A program made the translations under genes and the position numbers. Under the pieces are notes generated by a model. The model was given only the letters and a program-made list of their open reading frames with translations. It did not search any database and was not told where the DNA came from. From Blasia pusilla (lineage: Eukaryota): a stretch of 64,000 nt of DNA. Location of the stretch: the NCBI GenBank assembly GCA_050084515.1, contig CM114271.1, forward strand, positions 40,610,001 through 40,674,000. Direction: 5' to 3'. This document shows, in pieces, positions 13,401 through 27,702 of the stretch. Position 1 is the stretch's first letter. The number at the start of each line of letters is the position of its first letter.

Positions 13401-14461
13401 AGTATGATAATCTTTCAAGAAATTGTGCTTGAGAAAAGAGAAGAAGAGATTTTTTTTAAGCACATTTTGAGATGGGCAAACTGCACCAAACTCAAAATTC
13501 GGTGCACACTCTAGTTTGTGGTTAGCTATTTGCACTTACGCCTCCTTCAAGTAAGAACTAGATAAATATGAAAGGGTCCCTATATCTCATGAGGAGAAGA
13601 AAGCAAAGACGAACTTCAACCTTGTCAAACAAGACCGTACCCATACACGACCCCGACATGGATGCACACTATTGGCTGAAGGTAAATTTTGGCATTTCTA
13701 CAAACCATCTTGAATTGAGAATACATCCCGTGTAGACTTATTTGTGGGGCAGATAGAACTCACATGGCTTGACCATAAATATTGGGGATACTCATTTGGG
13801 AGAAGAACAAGATTCAAATGACTTCTCTCATAGAATGCACCTGTGGAGGAAACCGAATTGGGATCTTCACCTGATCGATGAGTCGCTACCATTTGAGCTC
13901 CCTCCTTGAGAGTTCTTTGATTTGGCAAAGAGTACTAGGGCTATCAACAGACAGCTCAGATCAATTGGAGGAACCCACAGAAGCAGCAAAGGCCGTGCAA
14001 TAACTCTCCACCTCAGTCCTCATTTTGGGATGTTGGATAAGAAAGGTCTGCACACATCAGGAGATTATCTGTAGATACTTCCCAATTTGGCACCATGAGT
14101 TTGAGAGTAATCTAACCCTTCCACTTAGCTGAGATCTTTCTTCGAAGGGATGATCATGGTGAAAAGATGTTCATGAATAACAATGGGGATGGGAATAGCC
14201 CATTGAGAAAGTAACAAGGGGGAACTGACATAGTTGAGCACCCACAACCACAATGCGCTAACTTTGAGATTTGGCACCATGACAGATGCTGGCAAGATAG
14301 ATATCCTACGATTGGCCCCACCCGTCTTGGAGAGAGATGTGGAAGCCCAGCAGTAGCTGGTGATTAGTACAGAATTTTTTTGAGACATTTCTAGTAATGT
14401 GCAGGGGGGTTTGAATATTCCATGGACTGACTGGATAACGAGGAGAGATTTGTGAACTCTC

Positions 14462-17400
14462 TTAGTCATCTTTGTGGTCTGTAGTGAAATGTTTGGACTG
14501 ATGTGTTTGCCTTTCTTTTGAGGAGTTGCGATAATGCTCTTCTGTCAATGACTTTGGCCAATCTGCTCGCCATTCACTAGTAGAAATATGTATGCGGGTA
14601 ACAATCCAGCCTGCTGCTTTAAGCTGCAACAAAGCTCAAAGTACAAATGTTATCCCAACATTCTTGTGGTTTTTGTCATCAACAGTTCATTTCAAGAATG
14701 CCATGCATAGACAAAGAGTAAGGTGTCTGTTTAGAGAGATGAAGTTGAATGCAAAGGTGGGTGGACTATCATCCCGGGCTAATTTACCAAGTTGAACTCC
14801 TTTTGCATCTTCCAAGCAGACAACTAATGACAAGTAGATTCAAGGGATACTCTCTCATAAAACTTACCGAATTTAAGAAGCCACCATAAGACCCATCCAT
14901 CCATTGAAAGCTTTCCATCTCTGCAGCGTCTGTTGAGGTAGCTTTGCAAGGAATGTAACTTGCTTCCAGAACCTCCTTCATATACAGTGCATGGACATAT
15001 CCACGAAGACAGTCTTCAACTGTTGCATTCAGGTGTAGTATCACGTGGATGGTGCCACCTTCAATTGCCACCATGTAAGCTTCTGCATCATATCTCAATC
15101 AAGTCAAATCCCCCTTAGACAAGCTGTATTCTGGTGTTCTAGCAGTCAGTAGAAAATTCAAGTTGATACATTGACTGCATCAGTAAGGGTTTTGGACATC
15201 TCTGTGCCGGAAGTTATGGTCAGCAGAACTCTTGTTGTAGGCAGGGACACACCATGAAGCTACCCCAAAAAGACATTGTGACGTGCTAAAAAGAGTCTCA
15301 GATTGTGGCCTATATCACATAACCTACATGAGCCAAGAATATTCCACCCATGTTTCCACAAGGTAACTTCAATTTAATGCACTGCTTCACAAAGACGAAT
15401 TATTTGAAAGAACTAATTATATCCCTGACCCTGCCCTGTCTAACAGATTTATCAGTGCGTAGCATGCATTCAAAAGAAAAATAAGATATAGACTGCAATT
15501 TACCTTTATTATGGCGCCATACCATATCCCTAAAATGTCTTAACTTTGAAAAAATTGACTTTGTTAATTTGAAACAGAGTAAATGGATTCCCACCACACT
15601 ATCTACAGTTCTTCATCTCCAGCTCCAATTCAGTGGATAAAAGAGGTTTCAATCCACAAAGAGTGAAAGAGAAGCCTTATGATTCTTCTCAAGCAATGAC
15701 ATGCAAGGGTTAACATATGATTTTCTTCTGTACCTTTTCCATAGCGCTGGATCAGTGAGGGTAGGCGAGATTCCCATCTATAGTCAGTAAAAATGAAACT
15801 ATCAGCTTCCTTTAAAGCAAAAGCACTTCTCCCAGCTTAATTACGAAAATTCACAAGAAGCTCATTGATGTAATTACCCTCTAAGCCAGGATTCCTACAG
15901 AATATCAGAACTTAAAATGCCAACAAGATTATGCACAAATAATTACCCTCCCAAGGGCTGCAGGGAAGAAATACGAGATCCATAGGAGATTCTCCAGCGT
16001 TTGTTGCCACCCCAAAGATTCCAAGAAGGAAGCTGAGGCAGCACATGTTCCAGTGAAGATAGTTCTTTTGGAGAAGGAATTATGCCTGTTACACACAGGA
16101 TGTTCTCTTAATCTCTGTTGATGCACACTTAAAAATCAATGTCATTGCAATGAAAATTTAGAGTGGACAAAGAAAGAATATGGCAGAAGAAAATCTGGAC
16201 TGCTCAACCTTTTCATCACATATGTTCACTATACATGGATGATTACAAAACTTCATGACGTTTATTACTCAAGTTATATTTGATCCTGGCCAGTCAGTCA
16301 GAACTACTCGCAAATTAAGAATGACCCTCAAATTACTGGTGAGACACAGTTAAGGATATGCAACCTGGTTTGAGCTAAATCTTGAAAGGCTGTAAAGTTC
16401 AACTGCTTAATGCTGCTCCGTGGACAGGGACAATGACCAACTGATTGAGGAACATTAAGAACACGGTAGCTTAGCCCAACCCAGAAAGGCTTGTGGCTGT
16501 AAACAATGGGGAACTGGAGTACGACTTATTCAGAAATGACAAAACAGTTCTGACTAAAACTTGCAGCCCAGGCAAGCTCCATCCATCTGCAGCCAGAACA
16601 TCTTCCTGATGTATTCAACTCAATTGTCTTGAAGGAAAAGGCAAAGACATACCTGCACTTTTAGAAAGAAAAGATCTCAAGATCAGTTGTGTTCTTGTAG
16701 GATTTAAGCTTGTTAAACAAAGACTACGAACTGCCCTGTAGTTTGCTGCAAGGAGCGACAAGATCAACCATCGTCAACGTGGGACAGTGTGGTAGGACTA
16801 AGAATCACAGTAACCAAAAGTATTGATGACACAACTGGGTAAATCTTGCTGCCTTATGCTGCAGATCAGCTCTTATGGCACAAGTCGACATGAAACAAAA
16901 ACCAAAGTGAGTAAACTCCAGTGTCTGAAAGAGCTTACAATTGACCTATGGTTAGCCCACACTCATCAAATGGCAATCTTTCCTCAAAACATCTAGAACA
17001 ACACAGTGTCGAGAGAAACTATGGACAAAGGAACAAACCTATGGGAAACCATGTAACCACAAAGGCGTACACTTCAGAAGGAAATTGGAAAAATCATCGC
17101 AAATCTTAGAAAGAGGCATGTAAATTGAAACATGAAGTCTGGTGTGAAAAATAGGTTGACCTCTCAGCCTTGTTTGAGGCTATGATGGTGCCTTCTTAAG
17201 ATGATACATCACTATGTGATCAGCTAACATTGAAAGATTTCAAATTTTCTTGGACTGACATACCGTACATGTGGAAAACTGTGAGTGCTAGGAAGGACGC
17301 CCACATGGTTACAGTCTTTCCGGCAGTGATGCGTGCTACCACCATGCCAAGCAACATCCCCACCATAGTAGCTGCTGTCTCCTGGCTTCCTTCCTGGAAA

Positions 17401-19657
17401 ATTGTTTGGAGTTAAAACACACCTCTCACATGGTCGTGCACAGTAACATGAGCACAATAACAGGATCACAGAGGCATTTCATTGTCACTAGTTTGTACCT
17501 TAGCAGAGATATCTGCCGCATTCTGTCGCAAAGCAAAGTGCTGAGTAAGAGCTGCTCTGGTAGCCCCACTAGCTACTCCAGCTGAATTTAATAAAAACAT
17601 TCTCTTCTCGTCAATATACATTATTTTCCTCAGACCAGTCAATGTTTCAGACAAGATTGAGCACCCTGAGCCAAAATGCGTACGAACCCCACACTCAAAA
17701 CTCAATAATACTCAAAGAACCTTTGAAGTTAGAGTTGGCAATCAAACTCACTGATGGACCTTGCGATGCTCCCAATACAGAGAATTGTGAGAAAGGACCC
17801 AGGAAAGAGAGGAGAAATGAGGTCCATCAGCATCCCTGCACAAAATATCGTTTGTGAACCAGTGGTCACTATTCCATGGTTGGTGAACTCTATGTTTGAC
17901 TTTGTCACCATCTTGTCAACATTGTACCCAAAATCCCACATCTAGTTCAAGTGATCGAGTTATAGGCTATCAGCTTCAGGCAAGATGCACTGTATATCCA
18001 GACCACACTTCAAATCATCACATTCATTAGGATATTACCTCACAAGACAAAGCTAATGAATAAGCATGGTGGTTCTTATTAAAAGCAAGGGCAAATACCC
18101 ATGTCATTTAGTAGATCTGCAGCAAGACGCCATTGCTTTGCACTGCTATCCAAGTTTGAACCCTGAAAGTTCCATGGGAAGATGTAGTTATTGGTGACGC
18201 CAAGTTCTGGGGAATTGATCTACGACAGCCAAACTACACAAAAGTCCTCCCAAACAGAAGTAAGTGCAACAACCCGGTATACCAAAGCATTCCTTTTGAT
18301 AGGTGATGTTCAATACTTGATAGAGTGTGAAGAGAATTCCACCCAGCATCCCTGTAAGATCACGCAAGAACCACTGTATGCTCAAACAGGGAAAAGTGTT
18401 AGATAATTACAATTCAAAGAGCATCCTCGATTCGGTGGGAGCTAGGCATGTGCTTGATGGCAGAAAGTGATAATCAAAGAACCAACCTCGTCTGAGGTAC
18501 CACTTAAACTTATCCGCCATTCAATTGGTAAATACTAATCCTCCCTTCCAGCTCCAACACGGACCATCCCCTTCAGACGCCTAGTTTTTAGGCCATCTGT
18601 GGGCACTTGGTAGATTGCCGTAGAACTCATAGTCTTCTCACCTGAAATGTTGCTCCTACAACTGTTGCATTGGTTTCTCCCACACCAATCGCCCCAAGGA
18701 GAGCCTGCAGACATAACCAGTGATTCTTATCCGGCGAGACACTTCAACCGATACGCTCAAATCGAAGTCTGCGTGAAGATGCTGCTTGGAATTGATGAGA
18801 GAACTTAAGGAGAGACTCTACTTCACCTGAGTCGAAAGCATGCTACGTATGTAGGTTGATAGGCCCTGCGTGCCACATGACCACCAAACCAGGGTAAAAC
18901 CATGTGCCATGTGCCATTGTCTCCTCGAGCATGAAGAAGGAAACTTGGAGTCTGTGGAATGAAGACCTTTCAAGCAGGTACTATCAGGGGAGACAAGTGA
19001 GCGCAATGTGCCCCGGAACTAACCTGTAACGTATCCCATGTTTGAAATGCCCCATAATCAGCGGTTACACTGTTAGGATAGCCCTGCAGTACAGACACAT
19101 GAAATTCAGATGCAATCACTCACTGTCTTCTCACATTCCAATGTCCAGATCCCAAGTAGCCATTCTTCCGCACCATGAGGACTCAGACAATTGTGGATGA
19201 AAAGTTTAGACGCAGGATCCGACCAGCTGGCACTGGGCGAATTGCCCATACGATTGACATGGTGTGACCTGGTTGAAGTGATAACTGAGCTGCTGGTACC
19301 AAAAAACGCGAAGAGAAATGTAACTGACAGTCCACGCCTGATCACTCGCTCACCTCGGGGAGAAACGCGGATCTGACATTTTTCCAGACACCCAATGATG
19401 GCAGCCGCCCACGTCTGCAACCCACAACAACAGCCCCCCGCTCGGTCCGATTGTACCGAGCGGTCCATGCGTCAGCTCCACAATCTCACCACCTGCACTA
19501 CCAAACTTGTGCAGTCACCACGCAAGTCGGAAAACTTACTGCACCTCTTGACAGAATCGAAGTCGAGTCCACCTCCATTCCAGCGCACCAGAGCTGCAGT
19601 CCTCAGCGGGTGCAACCCCCCGGTGCTGAATTCCGCGATCAGGGAGTCCTCCGCCAT
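14462..19657 (-). CDS. RUS3: ROOT UVB SENSITIVE family (DUF647) protein, RUS3-like, about 15 exons
   Basis: Exons spell SAFLPE|GYPNSVTADYGAFQTWDTLQ|GLSTYIRSMLSTQ|ALLGAIGVGE..GATFQ|WFLRDLTGMLGGILFTLYQ|GSNLDSSAKQWRLAADLLNDM|GMLMDLISPLFP..|GVASGATRAALTQHFAL..ADISAK|EGSQETAATMVGM..FHMY|ANYRAV..|..|LKAAGW..WRADW..stop at 14462-14464. Canonical GT-AG junctions. Confidence 0.9.
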
Positions 19658-20200
19658 GACAATCCGACCCGCCGCCCACTCAATCGATCAGGAGGAGGAG
19701 CTGCAGGAGAAGAAGCCAACTGGAGCGCTCGCGCGCGGTGGTGCGAGAAGATTTGCTTTCGAGTGCGGGCGCTCTGCTCTAGAGGCGCATTGCGCATTGG
19801 TGTCGTTGGCGCTCGCTCCCTGGGCCCGAGCCCGCGATGGGCTGCGCGGGCCGGATTAGGGTACAGTGCTAGATGGGTCGTTCGTTCGTTCGTATCCGCG
19901 GATGGGGAGGGAACGGGCTTTGGGGTTGCCCGTGTTTGAATGAATGAAAATGGATGGAAGAAAGAAGAGCCGAACGAGGCAGTCTGTTGTCATGACTGAC
20001 ACTGAACGAATGCATGAATGAAGGTAGCGAGGGAGGGAGGTATAGAGAGAGAGAGAAAGCGAGGGAGGGAGGCAAGAATGGATGAATGCAATGCAAGGAG
20101 CGGAGTGGGAAGGGATCGTCGGGTCCTCCGCGTCTGCAGGCTGGAGAGGGCTGTGGGATCCATGCAGTGAGTGGGGAAGAATTGGGAGGCAGCAGAAGCG

Positions 20201-20225
20201 GAGAGAGAGAGAGAGAGAGGGAGAG
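20201..20225 (+). repeat. (GA)n microsatellite in OEP80 5' leader
   Basis: gagagagagagagagagagg directly upstream of the ATG at 20241. Confidence 0.7.
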
Positions 20226-20240
20226 GCAGAGAGGGGCAGC

Positions 20241-23200
20241 ATGCGCGCGGGATCACCCGCTTCGCGCTCGCCACGGCCGAGGCCAGTTCGCATTTCGTTC
20301 TCCACCGTGAAGCTGCCAGTAGTGGGCGGGCGGCCAACAATCCACGAGGGGCCAAATCCCGTGGGCCTCGCGGTGAAATCAGCCCAGGTTCTGCTGCAGA
20401 GCGTATGGAGGAAATGGGAGTCGGAGGCCGAGAGGGCGAGGGATTTGTGGGAGAAAATTGTGGCCAGCCGTGGCGGTGGGTTGGAGAGAATTACCAGCGC
20501 AGTGTGCTCCACTTCTCTGGCTCTGTCCAGCGCGGGCGACCATGGGCAAAGTGGAAGAGATCCTCGGAGGGCGGATAAGATTTCAGCTGATAGGTTACCG
20601 GGGGGAGACAGGGAAGTCCGCAGGAAGGGAGGTGTCGGGCAATTGCCGCAGGAAGGTGGGGAGGATGAGGAGAGGGTGTTAATCAGTGAGATTCTGATTC
20701 AAGACAAGGACGGGCAGGAGTTAGAGGATACAGAGCTCTTGGCTACTGTTCGCAGCGCATTGAAGGCGTGTAAACCCAACTTCGCATTGACAACTAGTGA
20801 AGTGCAAGAAGACGTACACCGTATCATTGATACTGGATTTTTCGCCTCTTGCATGCCCACTGCCGAAGACACCCGAGACGGCGTTAGGCTAGTTTTCAAG
20901 GTAAAGAATTGTCCTTACCTGCGATCCGACAAAGTGAGGATTGTTGCTTTCCATGATTCGTCACAGTCAGCCTGACTTGTGTTCGGTGCTGGATCTCCTT
21001 GGCCATGGTTTCGTTATCCATGGCTTCGTTTCGTTGGTGTTTGTCCTAAATTCCTTTTCTTTTTGGGTCATAGTCTTGGAGGGAAGCGAGAATGGTTGAA
21101 GGATATGCGAAGATTGGTAGTTTTCACTTTCTACAGGAATGGGTGCTGCGGTGTCGCTGTGTACGAGTCTGAAGAACGATTTCTTGATAGAGCATGGGAT
21201 GACATGTTCAATGTAAACATGAAGTAAAATTTTCAGTTTTGGGGTTTAAAGATTCGCACATGGGTTGCCTTTGGTGTCTCAATTAATGGCGAGTCTACTT
21301 CAAATCTCAAGGAATAGGAGGTTCCGGGCTTTAGTGGAAGTTGAGTTGTTTTCAACGCTTTCGATTTCGCCCAAAAAAGTACTGCAATCTCGGATCTTGA
21401 AGCTTTCCAAGCAGCTTCCAACTCAGATTTAGATTTTTATGCGCTCAGCGGTCGGAGCGTATGGTAAGCATGATCGCACAACGCTTAAAGTTTAGTTTTG
21501 TGGGTATGTGTTAAACGCCAATGAAGGCAGGATGCTCGTCTTTAACGATCTCGTAGATTTTCAGAGAGTACACGTGGATCAGTTTCCTTTGGGTTCCAAC
21601 CGAACAAAGTCAACGAGATATTTTTCTTGTTCATTCCGTTGTTGCTGTGGTTAATGTCAGTTGTGTAATTCCTGATTATCAAAGTTTGGATACTCCATGG
21701 TTCTCACCTTGTCCACTTCAAATCACCGTGGCCATAACTCAGATCAAATGTTTATGAGGTAACTCTTCTTATTTTAATCAATATGCATGCTGGAAATGAA
21801 GGTAGAGTCCAACCAGGAGCTGAAGGGACTGGTTTGTAACGGTGCCAATGTTCTTCCGACGAGAGTGGTGGAGGATGCGTTTAAAGATGAATATGGTATA
21901 ATTCGCCCTTTGCTAGCCGTTCATGATATTGCTAAGACGTCATATTCCTCGGGCCAGTCTCTTCAGAGGGTGCACTTAAACATGTGAGGTGCTGGAGCTT
22001 GGATAACACCAGATTTCATGTTCTTCATCTTCTGTGGTAGTTTCTTGTCTGGCTGACGAGAAGATTGAAAGCCAGCTGACTTGACAACCCAGGTGGTTTT
22101 ACAAAGCTTCTCGTGAGATTGTGCAGGTAAGGTTGTCAACATTCAGCGATTGAACAAAGTGTTGGATACTCTGAATGGCTGGTATAGAGAAAGAGGTCTT
22201 TTTGGACAGGTGAGACATACCGCTTTCGCGTATGTGTTATCGAGAAATTCGACTCTCTTTTGAAGTACTCGTATGGGCTGTGGTAAACCTTTAAAGAAGA
22301 TCTCTTTCAATCATTCGTATGGATTCTTTTCACCGGAAATTGGTTTCCTGTTCTTGATTGACTCCACTATCATTGTAGAATTTGTAAATTAGGAATTCCT
22401 GAAGGACAGAAATTTGGGGTGCCAGGTTACAGATGTGGAAATATTATCAGATGGCATCATCCGAGTTCAAGTTGCTGAGGCCGATGTACACAACATCAAC
22501 ATTAGGTTTCTTGATAGGAAGACGTATGTAAACCAGGAACCCTGCAATCCTGAAGTTGTCTGTCATTGGAGGTTTTGGTTTGCTCAAAGAATCAACTGAA
22601 ATTTATATTTTTGGAGATCCAGTTTCATTGAAGGAGCCTTGGAGTTTGAATAATGCTAGTTTCCTGTCCTGATAAGAGCATGCTTTTTCAGGGGAGAACC
22701 AACAACTGGCAAAACACAACCAGAAACTTTACTTCGACAACTCACAACAAAGAAAGGACAGGTAGGCCACAATTGACTAGAAGATGACCTGTCCTTACCC
22801 CAGGCTTTGTTCTGGTGCAAAACCGGTGAACGTTGTTGAAGTCCTGTTGAAGATCGAAGCAAGTGAATCATGACGAGAGACCCAGTACTACGTGCCGAGA
22901 AAGCGTCTGAAAATACCTCAGGAATCATGTATTACCTCTAATGGATAATAGCACAGCACGTTTTCTTGTCAGGCTATTATCTGCTCCTTTGAAAAGCACT
23001 TCGAGTGAGACTGTGATGTGATATGCCATAAATCAATTAGTCGGAACCTCATCATTTTATTTCAAATGCAGCTGCAATAAATTGATGTTATTTATGGTTT
23101 CAATGGGCACAGGTATACAGTCTGCAGCAAGGGAGGCGAGATGTAGAAACGGTTTTTACCATGGGTATTATGGAAGATGTTAATCTTGTGCCACAGCCTG

Positions 23201-26200
23201 CTAGTGGTAAGGCTCCATATACATCTATTATGGCTAATACCACTATTGTGGTATGTTGATTGATAATAAAATCCCATGGTAGTTTGAAGATCTCATTCAG
23301 AATATCACAACTTACGGTATGTTGCAGACACAGGGATGGTGGATCTTACAATGAATGTTGTGGAGCGGGTTACTGGAGGGTTTTCTGCTGGTGGGGGTTT
23401 ATCAGGAAATGGGTGAGTTTACTTGAAAATTTAGTTTAAGTAAATTTCGGATTCCTTCAGATTCCTCCATAAATTAATTTTCCGGCTGCATAGGTACCTG
23501 TTTGCCGCACTACACGTCGAAAAGTTCAAGACAAGAGGAGAGGAAGGTGAGGGGAGGGTCAAGGGATTTGCACAAGTACTTAAGAATTAAAGAGATGCAG
23601 GCTTCTATTCTCTGACCGTTTTTTTGTCATGTTTTCTACGTTACAGCATAACAAATGGAGCCCTCTCAGGTCTGGTTGGAAGGTATGTTGTTATTTGAGA
23701 GATGCTGACACCTAGTTTCAGTTTTGCTAGGTGAATAGCCATTTCGTGTTCTTTGTCAGTCGTGATGAAGGTTCTAGCCCGATGATTCTGGATTTATAAT
23801 GAAGAAGTGCACTGAACGTCTGGGAATTTGTGCAGTCAAACCATCTCTCATGAGTCAAGTGAGGGCTCTGTAGTAAGAATAGAGATTTCCGGATAGAGTG
23901 TTTGTCGTTGCGTTCAATACTTTTTGTTCTCTGGTTTCTTCACTCTGGTCCTATCAAAATGGGGGTGTGGGTTGGGTATGTAAAGCATGCACGAACATAC
24001 ATGAAGTATTTGTCGGTTCATTCATCTCTGGCAACAGTCTTTCCTTTTAACTCTTTCATATCCTGATCCATGGATTCCCCATCTTTTATGAGCCTCTTCT
24101 CGTTTCTCCCTTTCAAATCCTGCTCTGGGGTGGGTGGTTCATGCGAGCAAATTAGAGCTCAGCTGTGCAGTTCAGCAAATTATGATGGTTTTTGTGTGCT
24201 ACCTCAGTGAAGAGTTTACAGCAGTGTAAGGCCATGTCACTGCTGGTGTCCTGAGTACCCTGTTTTGGGTGATTGCAGTTTTGCCTATTCGCATAGAAAT
24301 GCATTTGGTCGAAATCAAAAGCTGAACATTTCCTTGGAAAGGGGCCAAGTTGACTCAATGTTCCGAATCAACTACACAGACCCTTGGATTGAGGGTGATG
24401 ACAAGCGAACATCCCGATCAATTAATATTCAGGTTTTGTTTTACTCTAAAAGTTGATTGCTGGCCATTTTAAAGGACTTATGATCTCTGTGCTAATCTCA
24501 GCAGTTGAAGTTTATCAGCATGGTAGACCTCACATTTTTTGGTTGATGGCAAGATGCTTTCAAAGGACAGGAAGAAAAGTGATGAAAGGTAGTGCAATAA
24601 TGTCTGCAGAATTCACGGAGCCCTGGCACTACAGTCCATGGAATAAGGAGAGATGCACGATCATCAGGTCCCCTGCATGGCGGAGTCACCATAGGCAGGC
24701 TCATGGCTGGTGTTGATTACAGTCGACCTCTGCGTCCAAAGTGGAGTGGCACTGCTGGTATCAATTTCCAGGTATTTATTCCTGGTGAGATCTGACGATG
24801 TTGGTCGTTTGTGGGTTTTAATTATCCCACATGGTTTGTTGTTCGAGTTAGCGAGTTCACAGTTACTTAGGTTTTGGTTTTCTATCTGCTGTGTGAGCAC
24901 ACTCATCACATTGTTTTAGTTAAAGAAAGGAAGCTTATGGACTTTGCTGAAAGTTTTGATGCCAAGCGCTGCTACTGGTATCTCGTTATAAAAGAAAGTG
25001 TCTTAGAACCTCATATTTGTTATGAGCAGGTGGGGTTTAGAGTGGTGTCCACGGCAGACTGTTTTAACACAGCGTTCTGTACGAAAGCATTAGACTCCCA
25101 CGAATTGACGTTTATTGGGAGCACCACTAGTGCCAACTTGTCATTTGCAGATGACATACCTTCCCCAAGAGAGTTTATACACTGGTTATGTGAGACAGGA
25201 AGTCAAAGATTTTGAGGGAGGAACTCACAGAAGAAGGCTGACATCTGGTTTCCATTCCTAAACACATTGTTTGGTCATCTTTCCTCAGCGTGCAGGAGCT
25301 CGTGATGATCATGGTCAACCAAAGGTGGTGGACTTGTACGGCGGGCCCCTCACATTCAGGTCTATTATTAAGATCCTAGCATTCTCCTATGCATTTCAAG
25401 TCAGAATCAGCCATCAAATGCTCTGCATGATCCTAAGAACTCATGGACGATGATGGTCTTGAATGTCACAGTGGGCGTGCATATGATGATATGATGGTTG
25501 CGAAGCTTGAGATAGTGTACACAGATTCTGGGGACAACGGATCATCTCAGGTGATTTTCAATTTGTTCATTTTCTCCATGCGTTCTTCTACTAGGAACTC
25601 GGTTGGGCAGAAAGGATAGGGTACGACTAACGATGTCCATCTTCCATGTCCATGTCCAGCTTGTCTGCAATACAGAGCAAGGACTTCCCATTGCAGCTGA
25701 TTGGCTATTCTTCAATCGAATAAACGTCCGTGCTAGGCAGGGTTTGCGGATTGGTCCCATGCGATGCATAGCAAGGTATCCACAGTCCTGCAACACCAGA
25801 GAGAGCATGGCTTGTCATATTCTCCTCGTACTGGACTTCATCTATTGCTGTCCATGTTGATAGTATGTATACCCAAACGAGGCTATTTCTGTTGGCACGA
25901 GTGACTCGTACTCCTCCGATAGTCCTGTCATGGGCATTTGATTTACTTCATCCTTGAACTTGACAGCTTTTCAGGTGGAACTGTCATTGGAGATCTGGCT
26001 CCGCATGAGGCATTTCCAATCGGAGGTACCAACAGTGTCCGTGGTTATGACGAAGGAGCAGTCGGTTCTGGCCGCTCTTGCATCGTTGGCAGTGGTGAAA
26101 TCTCAGTACCTTTGGTAAGTTCCAAGTCGTTTCCTCACTTGCCTGCGATCGTTTCCAAAAGGTCACATCTTCTCCTGCGAAATCCTTCTTCATAACGCAT

Positions 26201-26603
26201 CTGCTGCCGTCAACTTTCACCTTCAGGTGGGACCAGTTGAAGGAGCTGTATTTGCCGATTATGGCGGAGACTTAGGATCTGGAAAGACCGTTCCCGGTGA
26301 GTGGACTCTGATTTTGCCGCCATCCCATCAGTCGAGGTTTCGTTGAATGCGCTGAGCGAATGGTCCCCACTTTGGATTGAATCCTTGGATGGAAATTGAA
26401 GCCTATCCGCAAAGACGAAAAATGGACTGACCGGTAATTGTGAAACAGGAGACCCAGCTGGTGCCCGTGGCAAACCAGGCAGTGGCTATGGCTACGGAGC
26501 TGGTATCAGAGTCGACTCGCCGCTAGGACCGTTGCGACTAGAGTATGCCTTCAATGATCAGCATGCCCGCCGGTTCCACTTTGGCATTGGCTACCGCAAC
26601 TAA
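20241..26603 (+). CDS. OEP80: Chloroplast outer envelope protein 80 (Toc75-V, Omp85/BamA family), about 16 exons
   Basis: [37 protein letters not shown] (POTRA) through [41 protein letters not shown] and C-terminal [24 protein letters not shown] (TAA 26601-26603). Includes a 36-nt exon at ~23648-23683. Start codon uncertain: in-frame ATGs at 20082, 20091 and 20241. Confidence 0.93.
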
Positions 26604-27702
26604 GTACGGTTGTGCCTAGGGAGAATCCTCCCCGTGTAGTTCTAGTTCAAAGCATTCAAGGCTCCCAAGAGAAAATGAAAATCTCCAAGTTTTCCCGGCG
26701 TATGTTTTCCCTGCATTAGTCGCCCCAGGAGTTTGTAACATGCCCCAGACGTAGGTTTACATTCCCGCATTGATCACACTCTACTACGAGTAGAGTGATG
26801 TATAGGCCCGATTTCAGGGCCAGTCAGGACAATTATATGAGAAAAATCCGAACGTTCACAGTGCGAGCCTGAATTCTTCATCCCCTGAAGAAGAGAAGGC
26901 CGGAGAATTCAGGCGATGCCCTTCTAATGGGCATCACGCCGTGAGGCCTAAATTGGTCCTTTCTCACGTCATTATTCTTTGTACACTTCGTTCGTAACGA
27001 TTTCTTCTTCATTCACTGGGCAGCGAGCTCCGAACTGCTTCATTGATGGATCAGCAAAGCTTGCATCGCCTCTGCAGACTGTGGAGGTCGGAGGTCTTGC
27101 GTCGTGTTGCACTGAAGAATGGAAAATCACCGCCGCGTTTCTGCCTCAAGCCCTTGAGCCATCCACGAACTGTACAACCATTTTTCGACTTCACCCAGCC
27201 GATGGAAAATTACGTAGGGAAATCCGTGTATTCGGGCGAGATACCACTGCGGCGTCTAGCAGCGTTCTGTGCGCTTGCAGCCATTATTACACTGAGAATT
27301 GAAATTTGACTCTCAACGTAGAGAGACCTGAATGGTCAGGAAGTGTGAGGGTCCATCGTGCGTTCAGCCTCATTCTTCACTGTGACTGAGTCTTGAAGGG
27401 AGACATTTGAGTATTCAGTGAACATACGTATCTAGTGAATGTTGTCGGAAAGAGCTCTGAATGTGCATGAGGAGTTCGAACGAACCTATGTTTTGTTGTT
27501 AATCTTGTTGGAAAGAGTTCTGATTGTGCATGACAAGTAAGCGGGTTTCAACTTACTCCCCTTCATTGCGGAACGCAACATAGGTTGGGACTTACGCGCT
27601 TTGCGAGCAGTTCACGTGAAACGAGCTGGTGGTGTTCATGCAGCGCATATTTATATGTTTCTAGGACACTAACACTTATAATATTATTAGCAAGAACAAA
27701 CA

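Noticed and set aside
19025-19084. Apparent frameshift in a RUS3 exon
   Set aside because: Recounting the C run gives an intact frame (GYPNSVTADYGAFQTWDTLQ).
19395-20512. Several 120-218 aa overlapping ORFs
   Set aside because: Antisense or off-frame readings of GC-rich first exons and the promoter of RUS3/OEP80.
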